DNA of 64,000 nt. Origin: Eledone cirrhosa (Eukaryota). The DNA lies in contig OZ024745.1 in NCBI GenBank assembly GCA_964016885.1, positions 88,660,001-88,724,000 of the forward strand. The letters run 5' to 3'. Under the pieces are notes generated by a model. That model saw nothing but the letters and a program-made list of their open reading frames with translations, was not told the origin of the DNA and did no database searches. The translations under genes were made by a program, and so were the position numbers. Of this stretch, positions 29,760-43,400 are shown in pieces. Within the stretch, counting starts at the first letter, position 1, and every line of letters begins with the position of its first letter.

Positions 29760-31050
29760 CTACGTTTGCATATGTGAAAAAATAGAGAAAAGAAAAACGA
29801 AAGAAAGAGAGTAGAAAATTAAATAGTGAAAGTAAGGGAAAGGTGGAGGTAAACGTCAGCTGCATTCCACGGACAAAATGGTGAAGACAATGCCACAGAG
29901 AACAGCCAGCAGTACTCGTTCTAACAGCCAATTTAACTCCCTGGGCCCTTTCCTCAGGCAGGAAGTGCTTCTCGCAATTTTGTGGAGGAAAATGGCAGCC
30001 TAAGTCCCGAGACACACGAGTTGTCGATGTTGACCGACATTAAGATGTAGCGGTTGATATTTAGTTATTTTCCTTTCTTCTGCATTACTGGCGGTGGTAC
30101 CCAGTTTGTGATCGAATGGACAAGACTGGAGGCGGAAAACGTGTCACAACACATGGCGTCTCAAATAAAAGATTGAGCTCCCTCTAACAAGAAAAAGGTT
30201 ATCCTATTTGATCGTTTTTCAACACCATTTTCGATGTCGGTAAATTCACGTTGTAACGGGAACACGGCCGTGTCGAAGTTCCGTCTGATGATGTCGTTCA
30301 AAGCGGAATGTTAAGAGACACGACGTGCACTATGGTTGTAAAATTGTGGGAGTATTCCGAAATAATCTACCATGGCACCACAATGGCATGTGTGTGAGCC
30401 ACCGCCGAGCGGGTCAACTCATTCTAAAAAAGGGTAACATTTATTGAAGGGAGCATCGAATTAAGTCACCCACTGCTGATTGGTTGCGAAGAAGAGAGTT
30501 GGGTGAGATGGTGTTAGTCCCGGATAGACTCGCCGCGCAAGACGTTTTACCTGCACCTGATGTTCTCCCAGCTGCATTGGAAATTATATAGTGGCCGATA
30601 GCCAGGATGAAGCTGATTCAAATTCTTGGTCAACGTCTGGATCTGGTATCTCCTGGAGACCTTCACTGATGAGGGTGCTGCTGGAGATAAAAGGTAAATG
30701 GATCGGCAATTTTCGATTAGATGTTGATTGGAAGCCCAGGACACACAACATTTCGGAGACTGTCGCCCGTTGTGGTGAGTTTGGCCCAGCGACGAATGGT
30801 GGCGTCATGTTCGTTAACGATGACATGCACCATCACGCAGCGCGAAGAGAAACAGTTAATCAGGAAGAGTGCATGAGGACGTTCATGCTTCAGCTTAGAG
30901 TTCTCGTGTAGCTTTCGGGATGTTCATGATGATCCTGAAATGATCAGGTACCTGTTGTATCGAGCTCCTGAGTCTTCCTGTAATGTCGAGGACGTTGGGG
31001 AGTCAGCATGCAGACTGCCTCCGGTGCAAGGATTCAGACAAAGAAATGAG
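29760..31050 (-). mobile_element. Highly decayed CRE-clade REL LINE, 3' part
   Basis: Manual minus-strand translation: HTCHCGAMVD...HSALNDIIRR...EKRSNRIT...DAMCCDTFSAS...WNAADV, matching the layout of CRE Zn-knuckle/REL domains. Confidence 0.6.
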
Positions 31051-31054
31051 GTTA

Positions 31055-31245
31055 TTGTGAATTGGCAGTATCGGTAGAGGGTCGGACATGCTTTCCAGCA
31101 TAGTCACGTCCCTTTACGATCTGAGTTCAAATCCGGCCGAAATTGACTTTGCCTTTCATCCTTACGGGGTCGATAAAATAAAGTACCAGTAATGTACTGG
31201 ATAATTGCTTGCCTTGTGCCTAAAATAGTGAAAAAAAAATTATTA
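31055..31245 (+). mobile_element. tRNA-derived SINE, same family
   Basis: CTGAGTTCAAATCC...GACTTTGCCTTTCATCCTTACGGGGTCGATAAAATAAAGTACCAGT. Confidence 0.82.
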
Positions 31246-31387
31246 AATTGTATTATTATTGAATTATAGAACATGAAGATGGCGAGAACAGAGTCGGATT
31301 CATTTAATTAACGATATTCATCATTAAGCACTTTACTTTATCATTAACATTTAATGACTTAGTTTAAGATAAAATAGTATGTGCGTG

Positions 31388-31430
<43 letters not shown>

Positions 31431-31479
31431 GTATATATGTATATGTATATATATATGTATATATGTATATATATATACA

Positions 31480-32690
31480 TATATGAAATATAGGAATCAA
31501 AGAACTGTTCAAAACATTATTGTGCTTACAGCTGTTTCCTCCAAACCGAGGTTTGGATTCTTCGGAGCAATTTATTAATGCATGGACAGTTATATGACCT
31601 CCTTTTCAGCCGAGAGACATACCAATACATATTCAAACATTGATACATATTCAAACATTGTGGGTCAACATTCATTACAGAATTTAGAGTGGCAGTACAC
31701 ACTTCGAGATTACATTTATATTAATAGGTACAATCAAAAATCAAAGATATAGGTTAAAGTACAACATGAAGATAAGTGGTTATATAGTGCAAATGTTATA
31801 TGTGTGGCACGCATGTGCGTCTTGTTTATATAATGGCGTCTCTCGAAACGTAACAACCTCCTGTATCGAACTAAAGAACACCAGACTACGATCTCTAACT
31901 GGATTGTCGTGGATTATGTGAAAGGCATATAATCGAAATATACACTCCCTTGACCATGAAAATGCCGAAGTACATGAATTACTTGACATCCCTGCGCTGT
32001 GCATCTCCAATACTTATAACACTTTTAATGCTTGCACTATCTTTAATGCTTATAATATTTCTCCACACACAGACTATATCAATCATATAAAGACTTTGCC
32101 ACCAGATCTACCAACCTAACACTCTTATTTACCTACCTAAGTGCCTCTACCACACATATCTCTCTGCCACACTATATAAACAAGACGCACATGCGTGCCA
32201 CACATATAACATTTGCACTATATAACCACTTATCTTCATGTTGTACTTTAACCTATATCTTTGATTTTTGATTGTACCTATTAATATAAATGTAATCTCG
32301 AAGTGTGTACTGCCACTCTAAATTATGTAATGAATGTTGACCCACAATGTTTGAATATGTATCAATGTTTGAATATGTATTGGTATGTCTCTCGGCTGAA
32401 AAGGAGGTCATATAACTGTCCATGCATTAATAAATTGCTCCGAAGAATCCAAACCTCGGTTTGGAGGAAACAGCTGTAAGCACAATAATGTTTTGAACAG
32501 TTCTTTGATTCTTATATTTCATATAACTGCTCTGTAAATCATCTGATGTTTTTACATTGAGCTACTTAACTTACTGGTAATAAGGTAGTAATACATTACT
32601 GCCTACCACTATTTAGGGTGTGTGTAAAATACTTACAACTGCTTAAGGTTTTGTGTTTACATAACCATAAATAGTATAACTAATACTATA
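31480..32690. mobile_element. Head-to-head PLE 3'-end palindrome in (TA)n (arms 31480-31832 and 32173-32525)
   Basis: About 350-bp near-identical inverted arms, each carrying an HHR. Confidence 0.88.
32436..32482 (+). ncRNA. Type I hammerhead ribozyme with CCGAAGA core (mirror copy 31523-31569 minus)
   Basis: TGCT CCGAAGA ATCCAAACC-TC-GGTTTGGAG GAAA CAGCTG TA AGCA. Confidence 0.72.
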
Positions 32691-32856
32691 TACATATATA
32701 TATGTGTATTATGTATATATGTATATAGCATGTGTGTGTATATATAAATATATATACAAATATATATATGTATATATACATATATACATATATACATATA
32801 TACATGTATATATATATATGTATATATATATATGTATATATACATATATATGTATA

Positions 32857-32905
<49 letters not shown>

Positions 32906-32947
32906 GTATATATGTATATATGTATGTATATATATATATATATATAT

Positions 32948-35388
32948 ATTTCGTTTCTGAATTTGTTTAGCAAGATTCTTTATCTGAAATCGTGTATTGA
33001 AACCGATATTGTTCTACTTTGGGAGGGTCATGTTGCCAATAAGAAACACCGCACCAGTTGCTTTCACTTCAATTTATTATAGTAAATTTATATTAAATTT
33101 ATAAATTTATAAATTTCTGGTTGGTTGGTTCCACAACCAGATAGTTGTTTATATATAGTCATAGTTCTTTCGTCACACACACTGTGACCTCTTCAGTGAC
33201 TGGGGATTCCTTTCTTTGTTTCTGTGCCTCTCCTTTGTTCTGTCCTACGCCATTTTGTTTCTGTGTGTGTGTTGTGTGCTCAGTCTGCGCATGCGCCACA
33301 TCTGGGTGTCTGTGTGTGTTTATGTTCATTTATTTATTTGTTTATTTACATGTTACTGGTTGGTTGTTTGTTCTATGTGTGTGTGTTTTTTCATTTTGTC
33401 CTTAATTGTAAGTTGTGATGTTGCTGTTCCACTCATATTTTCTATTTAATTTTGGTTGTAATTCTTTTATGTTTATTGCCTCTGTGATTTGTCTAAACAT
33501 TGCGTCTTTTCTGTGTGTAGATTCTATTTTTATTTCTATGTTCTCTAATTTACCCTTGTGTTCTATTTTAGCATGTTGGTAGAGTACAGATGATTCTTTA
33601 TTATCTTGAAGGTCTCGCCAGTGTTCATTTATCCATTCCCCTACACTACGAGCTGTCTCACGTATGTACACTATATTTTTGGCTCTACATTGTCCTTCAG
33701 TACATCTTATGCTATACACTACATTTCTAGTTTTACAGTTAATATGGGGGCTTATTTTACAGGTTATACATTTCTTATCTATACATGAAGGTCTTTGAAA
33801 AGGGTATGTCTTGCTAATAAGTGTTTTTACGGAGGTACCTGGTCTTTCTACTATCTTAATATTGAGTTTATGTTTATTTAGGGCCCTTCTGAATTTGTAA
33901 GCTAATTCACATCTAGGGGTTGTATCGGTGAACATTACACTCTGGTATTTATTGCTATCATACCATGAGTTTATTCTATTAGCCTTGTTCCTAATTCTTT
34001 CTATTCTATTCCAAAATTTGCTGCTATACAAGGGGCAGGTCCCATTTATGTCATTATTTACCATTTTTCCCATCTGGGAAACAAATCCTCCAATCCTCTG
34101 TTCCCATTATGCCAAACCCATGACTTCCAAACATCTGATCCACCGAAACTCGGCCGTTTCGGACCATACCAACATCAACTTACTGATTGCGGATTTGGTA
34201 CGGGTGATGAGAAATGTGTCCCGCATGTGCAATCCCGAAGAACTAGAGAGACACATACAACACTTCATCCACCGTATGCAGTTCTCTGGCTACAATCAGA
34301 GAGATAACATCAGAGTGTATAGAGGAGCCAGAACCAAATGGGAAAAAATGGTAAATAATGACATAAACGGGACCTGCCCCTTGTATAGGAGCAAATTTTG
34401 GAATAGAATAGAAAGAACTAGGAACAAGGCTAATAGAATAAACTCATGGTATGATAGCAAAAAATAACAGAGTGTAATGTTCACCGATACAACCCCTAGA
34501 GTTGAATTAGCTTACAAATTTAGAAGCGCCCTAAATAAACATAAACTCAATATTAAGATAGTAGAAAGACCAGGTACCTCCGTAAAAACACTTATTAGCA
34601 AGACATACCCTTTTCAAATACCCTCATCTATAGATAAGAAATGTATAACCTGTAAAATAAGCCCCCATATTAACTGTAAAACTAGAAATATAGTGTATAG
34701 CATAAGATGTACTGAAGGGCAATGTAGAGACAAAAATATAGTGTACATAGATGTGACAGCTCGTAGTGTAGGGGAACGGATAAATGAACACTGGCGAGAC
34801 CTTCAAGACAATAAAGAATCATCTGTACTCTACCAACATGCTAAAATAGCACACAAGGGTAAATTAGAGAACATAGAAATAAAAATAGAATCTACACACA
34901 GAAAAGACGCAATGTTTAGACAAATCACAGAGGCAATAAACATAAAAGAATTACAACCAAAATTAAATAGAAAATATGAGTGGACAGCAACATCACAACT
35001 TACAATTAGGGACAAAATGAAAACACACATAGAACAAACAACCAACCAGTAACATGTAAATAAACAAATAAATAAATGAACATAAACACACACAGACACC
35101 CGGATGTGGCGCATGCGCAGACTTAGCATACAACACACACACAGAAAGAAAATGGCGTAGGACAGAACAAAGGAGAGGCACAGAAACAAAGAAAGAAATC
35201 CCCAGTCACTGAAGAGGTCACAGAGTTTGTGACGAAAGAACTATGACTATATATAAACAACTATCTGGTTGTGGAACCAACCAGAAATTTATAAATTTAT
35301 AAATTTATTATAAATTTACTATAATAAATTGAAGTGAAAGCAACTGGTGCGTGTGTTTCTTATTGGCAACATGACCTTCCCAAAGTAT

Positions 35389-35396
<8 letters not shown>
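32948..35396. mobile_element. PLE family A: two 5'-truncated copies head-to-head (32948-34053 minus, 34054-35396 plus)
   Basis: GIY-YIG domain NVVYSIRC...YI(G)ETARS...RINEH...RQITEAINI...LNRKYEW with Cys-rich linker. Both outer ends lie in (TA)n. Confidence 0.92.
35204..35248 (+). ncRNA. Minimal type I HHR in the family A 3' region (also 33157-33201 minus, 50702-50745 plus, 58510-58553 minus, 61588-61631 plus)
   Basis: AGTCA CTGAAGA GGTCACA-GAGTT-TGTGAC GAAA GAAC TA TGACT. Confidence 0.8.
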
Positions 35397-35451
<55 letters not shown>

Positions 35452-35471
35452 TTGTTATATAGTAAGGTGCA

Positions 35472-35514
<43 letters not shown>

Positions 35515-35523
<9 letters not shown>

Positions 35524-38500
35524 TTGTTATATAGTAAGGTGCATTATTGGTTGTGTAAAATGATCCAATAACTTTATGTTACCAATATTAAGTTGTTCAC
35601 GCTTTTGTATATCTCCAATTTCATTCAAGGGAACAGCTAGATGACGTAAAAAGGAGTATAAGTATCAACATGAAAATCCGAAGGCAAGTTAAAATTCCAG
35701 TCATTTAATCACGACACATGTTTCGATAAGAGATAGATCAATTGTGAAGCCATGATCGATTATCACTTATCTCAAATTCTTGATATGAAGGAGAGAAAGT
35801 AACGATGTTCTCTCACAGAATTCATTCCCTCATATGGAGACACACCAGTCAGAAATACGGCGACTGCTATTAGCTTCAGTCGAGGTATTACAAGTTTTCA
35901 GATTTCTATCGCTGCAAAAGGCGCTGGACATCAATCAAATCTGTAGGGATACACTCAGTCACCGTTAATGTGAGTGGGTACACACACATTCCACACCCAC
36001 ATACACCGGCTAGAGGTCTAAGAAAAATATATACATATAAATACACACATCAACACAGTATTAAACCTGTAGAGTTAGTGTGGGTGGGTACACACACACT
36101 TTCACACACACCGAAACGATGTCCGAGAAAAAACAAATATAAGAAAACAAATATAATAAAACAAATATAAGAATGTACCAACACAGCACTCACCGAAAGT
36201 TAGTTCACAAAGCAACAGAAGCTATATTGGTCAAATCTCAATTTGGCGATGTAAATTGGAAATATTGGGTTAACCAACGCCCCACACATACACAGACACA
36301 CACACGCAAGTAAGTTCAGTTCAGTGTTCTGCTATACGTGTATAGATCGAATTGTAACATCCATATCTTCAACTGTATGTTATGGTATATACACATCAGA
36401 ATCGTCCAACAAATGGTATGTACGGGTATATACACATCCATGTGAAGAGCAGGCAATCAGCTCATGTCGAACTCAGTATGTACCGCCGTCACATTGAGAA
36501 TCCGAGTCACCAAATCTGTGCGTGCAAGCAACCGCAATGTACGCCAGCAAAGGGCTCCATGTAGGGTTGGGTATTGGATAAATGCGTCCGCAAGTGCGAT
36601 TTCCCGTCATAAGGGCCAATGAGCTTTTAAGATTGTTGTTTGAGTGGTGGAGGTGTGTTATCCAACACAGAAGGTGAAATAAAAAATCACAGGATAGTAA
36701 AATCCAAAGGATGTGTTTAGGCCCATTAATGGTGTGTCAGTATTATTGTTCAATCCGTAACAGTGAGTCCTCCATGCTTAGATGATCACGGATCAAAACC
36801 TGGTGTAGTGTTCAGTCGGTAGGAACGTGACAGTCGTAATTGTGGGAGCTCAATGTCTAAAGGAAACGGGTAGTGTGTGTAGAGTTATGTATATAGAGAG
36901 TAATCTGTCCTAACTAAGTGTGTAGTCAATCTAACTATTTACTAGCTAGGTATTCTAAAAAAGAGCACTCAGCTGTGAGAAATCCGTGGAAACAAGCCGA
37001 GTATCGTTTGTAAGTACGCAAACAATCTTAGCCGTCTAACTACCTAAGTTTGTGACTGTCTGTTTATTGAGAGAACTCTATGGCTAAAGTAGAGAAGGAG
37101 GAGTTAGTGGTAGGTTACCTTCCAAAAATCCTGCGGAAGGTTTTCGAGGTTCTATGTTGGCAGTTGCTGAAAAAATCTGCTCTCCTATTAATTAATAGGG
37201 GGCCGTCTCTAATAATATTAAAAGTTTCAGCTATGCATAAATTGCAGACACCAGTGCTGCTGTAATAAGATTGGGCTGAGGAAACTATGGACCAGGATAA
37301 GCAGTGCTCTATATTCTGATGTTTAAGCTTCCAGACTAATTCCGAAAGTGCCGTGCTATTTTCTTTATCTAATGTATTAAAGGTATAGCGGTGATTATAC
37401 CATCTATCCTTAAATTCCGTGGCAGTTGCCCCAACATACCTAAAGGTTCTATCAGGAGTGGAGACCTTACAGTCGTAGACTATGTTTTTGGTAAGGCATT
37501 TCCCAGCCATGGGGCAGGTGGCGGTGCTTCTGCAGTTACATTTTTTGCTATCGACCTGGGTAGTTCCAGATGGACCACGGTACCTTTGGGGTCGGGTCTC
37601 AGTTCCAGTCTGCTCTATGGGTAAATTCCCTGGGGTTTGGGAGACCCGACTCGCCTCACATGTATGAGTCAGTTCCTCAATAGAGCTGCCATTGTTCCTG
37701 CCATGCCTAATTCCCTCATGGGCTGTCCTAAGTCTACTATAATTCATCTTAGCTATATTCTGAGCTATGTTACTAGTTGTGGAGTAGGACAGCTTGATGG
37801 TATTTCTATTGAATATTTTATAATATCTGTGCGATCTAGGGAAGCATTTGTCTAAGGCCCTAAAGTAAAGCTTAGCTATACTAGTGGTCAGGCCAGTGGA
37901 GTAAGGGGGCTTATACCACAGGTCTTTTCTGGTCCAATGCGTCCTGTTCCTACTAACTATATGAGAATTACCTGTCTCCCTATTAGTTACTGGTCTATTG
38001 TAACTGTAAATTGCCTGTGGATCGATGGCGTTCTGCGGTGTCACGATTGTGTTCGGAATCGTCCCAAATCTCCAGGGTGGTGTACCCCACGTGCGGCCAT
38101 TGGGACCACCCTCGATAGCATGAGTTGTATCCACTATGCGTCTGCTACACCTGCCCCTTTCCCCTTACTCGACCCTCGTTCCATACTGCGTTCAACGGTA
38201 GTTTTATCGGTTCCACAATTAAGGTTACTATTAGAGTTTCCGCTGGCGTTACGTTGCTCAGACCCAGTGTTAGTACCTAGGAAGTTGTTTCTATTGGTAC
38301 CAACAGCATCGGGACTAGGCGGCAATACAACATGAATTCTATATAAATCCTCCCTCGTATCACGCCTGCTGTTAACTAGAGTGTCACTATTTAGGTGTAA
38401 GCTATCGCAGGCAATGTTGCTTCTACTATTTAATGGACATTTGAATGAGATTCCCTCGTTATGCCCCGCGCGTTCCAGGGCGCTATTATAGTAATTCGAG

Positions 38501-40400
38501 ATCTTATTAAAGGTATCTTCATTTGAAGATTGTCCTGAAATTCTACTAGAGACGCTTTTGGTAATACCGTTAGTGACTGTTCTAGGGTGGTTCGATTTTG
38601 CGTTGACATAATTTAGATTCTCGTTGGGTTTTTGGTAAGGTTGGAATAGTCCTGAATTGAGGTTAAGTGTAACATCTAGAAAATTAACTATCTTTAAATT
38701 CTCTTCAAATACTATACTTAGGTCTATGTTCTTGAAAAATTTTGCTAAGTTTTTTCCTCACCCTCTCTACCATACTATTATTATGGAACGACACAGTAAA
38801 CAAGATGTCATCTCGGTAAGCGCCGCCCCCCAGGTGGAGCATTTCGGGTCCGAGACAGTCGAGGAGGTAAAGGCCCACCAGATCCGTCACCTGGGCCGAG
38901 TCCGTGGATCCAATGGTGATGTCGGAATTGTATGGCCAATCCTTCCTGGTCCACATGTCATCGTTGAATTTAGCTAGGAGAATAATGATAATTTCCTCGG
39001 ATGTAAGGTCGGTGTGTAAGCTAGCAAAGTTAAGGACCCTACCTAAAAGATTTGGGGAGATTGAAGAGTAGTAATTAGAGATATCGAACTGTATAAAATT
39101 AGTCCTATTCTTATTCTGCGATTTCTCAAACCAGTTAAATACCTCACTAGTTCCTGACCACTGCTTGAGCTTCGATCTCCTAACTAGAGTAGGGATTATT
39201 TTATCAAGGATGTTTTTACTTACGATTCCTATGTCCGACTTCGAACGGGCTTAATGATTCAAAGTCCAATTTGTTGTCCTTGAGCAAAATCCTCGGTGTT
39301 CTAGGATGGAAGGGTTCAGTTTTATCCTCAATACCCACTTCATTTATGACGTTATTGGCCTCAGTGTTAATTAAATCCAGGTTGGCCCGTGTAGTTTTTC
39401 TGTAGCTTTTCTAAGTTCTCTACTTATCAAATCATCATAAGTTACTCTATCCATATCGTACAGGTTGTTAGTCTTGTCTGTGTGCACCAAAATGCCGGTC
39501 GAGTTCTTTAATTTTACTAGATCACCATTTAGTTGTCTCAGGTAGCTTTTTCTCCTGAGTGTGTTTTTTCCTAAACTTAAGGTTGGACACTATGTTAGAC
39601 ATTTCAGTCTCGAATTCTTATTTATTGTGGTGGATTTGTTCTGGATTTGAATATTTCCTCGATGCCGCGCGTTCCCTCTCCGGGGTGGTTTGTTGGTGTT
39701 CCTCTGTCGAAGTGGAAGGCTTTCCAACGCATTCTACGGACAAAGGAATCCGATTTACCTATGGCCAACCTTGAAAATTCTTTTATGTTGAGCAAAGGGA
39801 TGTCCTTAAGTGAAGAGTTCACCTGAGAATTTCTCCATCATATTCCTTGCTTAACAGCATTAAGAGCTCAACAAAAATAGGAGCTTTAAGTTCTTATATA
39901 GTAAGGTGCATTATTGGTTATGTAAAATGGTCTAATAACTTTATGTTAGCAATATTAAGTTCTCCACGCTTTTTTATATCTCCAATTCCATTCAAGGGAC
40001 CAGCTAGATGAAGTAAAACTGAGAGTAAGTATGAAAATGAAAATCGGAAGGCAAGGTAAAATTCCAATCATTTAGTCACGACACATTTTCAATAAGAGAT
40101 AGATCGATTGTGAAGCCATCGATTATCACTGATCTCATCAGGTGAAAATGAATTGTCTTCAAATTCTTGATATGAGGGAGAAAAAATAACGATATCCTCT
40201 CACAGAATTCATTCCCTCATATGGAGACACACCAGTCAGAAATACGGCGACTGCTATTAGCTTCAGTTGAGGTCATACAATTTTCAGATTTCTATCGCTG
40301 CAAAAGACGCTGGACATCAATCAAATCTGTAGGGATACAGTCAGTCAGCGTTAATGTGAGTGGGTACACACACATTCCACACCCACATACACTGACTCGG
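35515..40400 (-). mobile_element. PLE family B (Naiad-like), full ORF region (about 39842-37115, disrupted) with upstream pseudo-LTR repeat
   Basis: SLKDIP...RRMRWKA, DKT, AYRDD, WYKPPYS, CNCx5Cx5C, IVY...YVG and CNLC...CQH. The 3' region is repeated at 39895-40400. Confidence 0.9.
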
Positions 40401-40429
40401 GGTCAAATAATTCTCGAGGTCAAAGAATT

Positions 40430-43400
40430 CTTGGATTCTCAATGGTACGGCGGTACATACTGAGTTCGACATGAGCTGATTGATTGCTCTTCACATGGAT
40501 GTGTATATACCCGTACATACCATTTTTGGACGATTCGGATGTGTATATACCATAATATACACTTGAAGATGTTACAATTCGATCTATACAGGTATAGCAG
40601 AACACTGAACTGAACTTACTTGCGCGTGTGTGTGTGTGTGTGTATGTGTGGGGCGTTGGTTAACCCAATATTTCCAATTTACATCGTCAAATTGAGATTC
40701 GACCGATATACGATTGGAGATATACAAAAGCGTGGAGAACTTAATATTGCTAACACAAAGTTATTGGAACATTTTACACAACCAATAATGTACCTTACTA
40801 TATAACAACTTAAAGCTCCTATTTTTGTTGAGCACTTAATGCTGTTAAGCAATGAATATGATGTAGAAATTCTCGGTGAACTCTTCACTTAAGGACATCC
40901 CTTTGCCCAACATAAAAGAATTCACAATGTTGGCCATAGGTAAATCAGATTCCTTTGTCCGTAGAATGCGTTGGAAGGCTATCCACTTCGACAGAGGAAC
41001 ACCAACAAACCACCCCAGGGAGGGAACGCGCGGCATCGAGGAAATGTTCAAATCCAGAACAAATCCACCACACAATAAAAACTTGGAAGAATTCGAGACT
41101 GAAATGTCTAACATAGTGTCCAAACTTAAGTTTAGGAAAAACCCACTCAGGAGAAAAAGCTACCTGAAACGACTAAATGGTGATCTAATAAAATTAAAGA
41201 ACTCGACCGGCATTTTGGTGCACGCAGACAAGACTAACAACATGTACGATATGGATTGAGTAACTTATGATGAGTTGATAACTAGAGAACTTAGGAAAAG
41301 CTACAGAAAAACTACACGGGCCAACCTGGATTTAATAAACACAGAGGCCAATAGCGTCATGATTAAACTGGGTATTGAGGATAAAACCGAACCCTTCCAT
41401 CCTAGAACACCGAGGATTTTGCTGAAGGACCACAAATAGGACTTTGAATCATTAGGACCTGTCAGGCTGATAGCCCCTTCGAAGTCGGACATAGGAATCG
41501 TAAGTAAAAACATCCTTGATAAAATAATCCCCACTCTAGTTAGGAGATCGAAGCTCAAGTAGTGGTCAGGAACTAATGAGGTAATTAACTGGTTTGAGAA
41601 ATCGCAGAATAAGAATAGCACTAAGTTTATAGAGTACGATATCTCTAATTACTACTCTTCAATCTCTCCAACTCTTTTAGGTAGGGTCCTTAACTTTGCT
41701 AGCTTACACACCGACCTTACATCCGAGGAAATTAGCGTTATTCTCCTAGCTAGGAAATCCTTAATTAAATTCAACGGTGACTTGTGGACCAGGAAGGATA
41801 GGCCATACAATTTCGACATCACCATGGGATCCACGGACTTGGCCCAGGTGACGGATCTGGTGGGCCTTTACCTCCTTGACTGTCTTGGAGCGGAAATGCC
41901 CCACCTGGGAGGCGGCGCTTACCGAGATGACATCTTGTTTACTGTGTCGTTCCATAATAATAGTATGGTAGAGAGGGTGAGGAAAAAACTTAGCAAATTC
42001 TTCAAGAACATAGATCTAAGTATAGTATTTGAAGAGAATTTAAAGATAGTTAATTTTCTAGATGTTACACTTAACCTCAATTCAGGACTCTTCCAACCTT
42101 ACCACAAACCAAACGAGAATCTAAACTATGTCAACGCAAAATCGAACCACCCTTGAATAGTCACTAACGGTATTACCAAAAGCGTCTTAATAAAATTTCA
42201 GGACTATCTTCCAATGAAGATACCTTTAATAAGATCTCGAATTACTATAATAACGCCCTGGAACGCGCGGGGCATAGCGAGGGAATCTCATTCAAATGTC
42301 CATTAAATAGTAGGAGCAACATTGCCTGCGATAGATTAGACCTAAATAGTGACACTCTAGTTAACAGCAGGCGTGATACGAGGGAGGATTTATATTGTCT
42401 TCGTGTTGTACTGACGCCTAGTCCCAATGCTGTTGGTACCAAAAGAAACAACCACCTAGGTACTAACACTGGGTCTGATCAACGTAACGCCAGCGGAAAC
42501 TCTAATGGTAACCTTAATTGTGGAACCGATAAAACTACCGTTGAATGCAGTATGGAACGAGGGTCGAGTAAGGGGAATAGGGACAGGTGTAGCAGACGCA
42601 TAGAGGATACAACCCCGGCTATCAAGGGTTGTCCCAATGGCCGCACGTGGGGTACACTGCCCTAGAGACTTGGGACGATTCCGAACACAATCGTGACACC
42701 CCAGGGCACCATCGACCCACAGGCAATTTCAACTTACAATAGACCAGTAACTACTAGGGAGACAGATCATTCTAATATAGTTAGTAGGAACAGGAGGCAA
42801 CGTACCAGAAAAGTCATGTGGTATAAGCCCCCTTACTCCACTGGCCTGACCACTACTATAGCTAAGCTTATCTTTAGGGCCTTAGACAAATGCTTCCCTA
42901 GATCGCACAGATATTATAAAATATTCAATAGAAATACCATCAAGCTGTCCTACTCCACAACTAGTAACATAGCTCAGAATATAGCTAAGATGAATTATAG
43001 TAGACTTAGGACAGCCCATGAGGGAATTAGGCACGGTAGGAACAATGGCAGCTCTATTGAGGAACTGACTCATACATGTGAGGCGGGCCGTATCTCCCCA
43101 ACCCCAGGGAATTTACCCATAGAGCAGACTGGAACTGAGACCCGACCCCAATGGTACCGTGGTCCATCTGGAACTACCCAGGTCGATAGCAAAAAATATA
43201 ACTGCAGAAGCACCGCCACCTGCCCCATGGCTGGGAAATGCCTTACCAAAAACATAGTCTACGACTGTAAGGTCTCCACTCCTGATAGAACCTTTAGGTA
43301 TGTGGGGCAACTGCCACGGAATTTAAGGATAGATGGTATAATCACCGCCATACCTTTAATAGATTAGATAAAAAAAATAGCACGGCACTTTCGAAATTAG

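Noticed and set aside
31480-32525. Inverted arms as TIRs of MITE or foldback DNA transposons
   Set aside because: The arms end at unequal points, contain oriented hammerheads, and in larger cases contain PLE coding sequence. This fits retro-origin better.
41257-42156. TGA codons in the family B plus arm as recoding signals
   Set aside because: The minus arm has AGA at both positions, so these are ordinary mutations.
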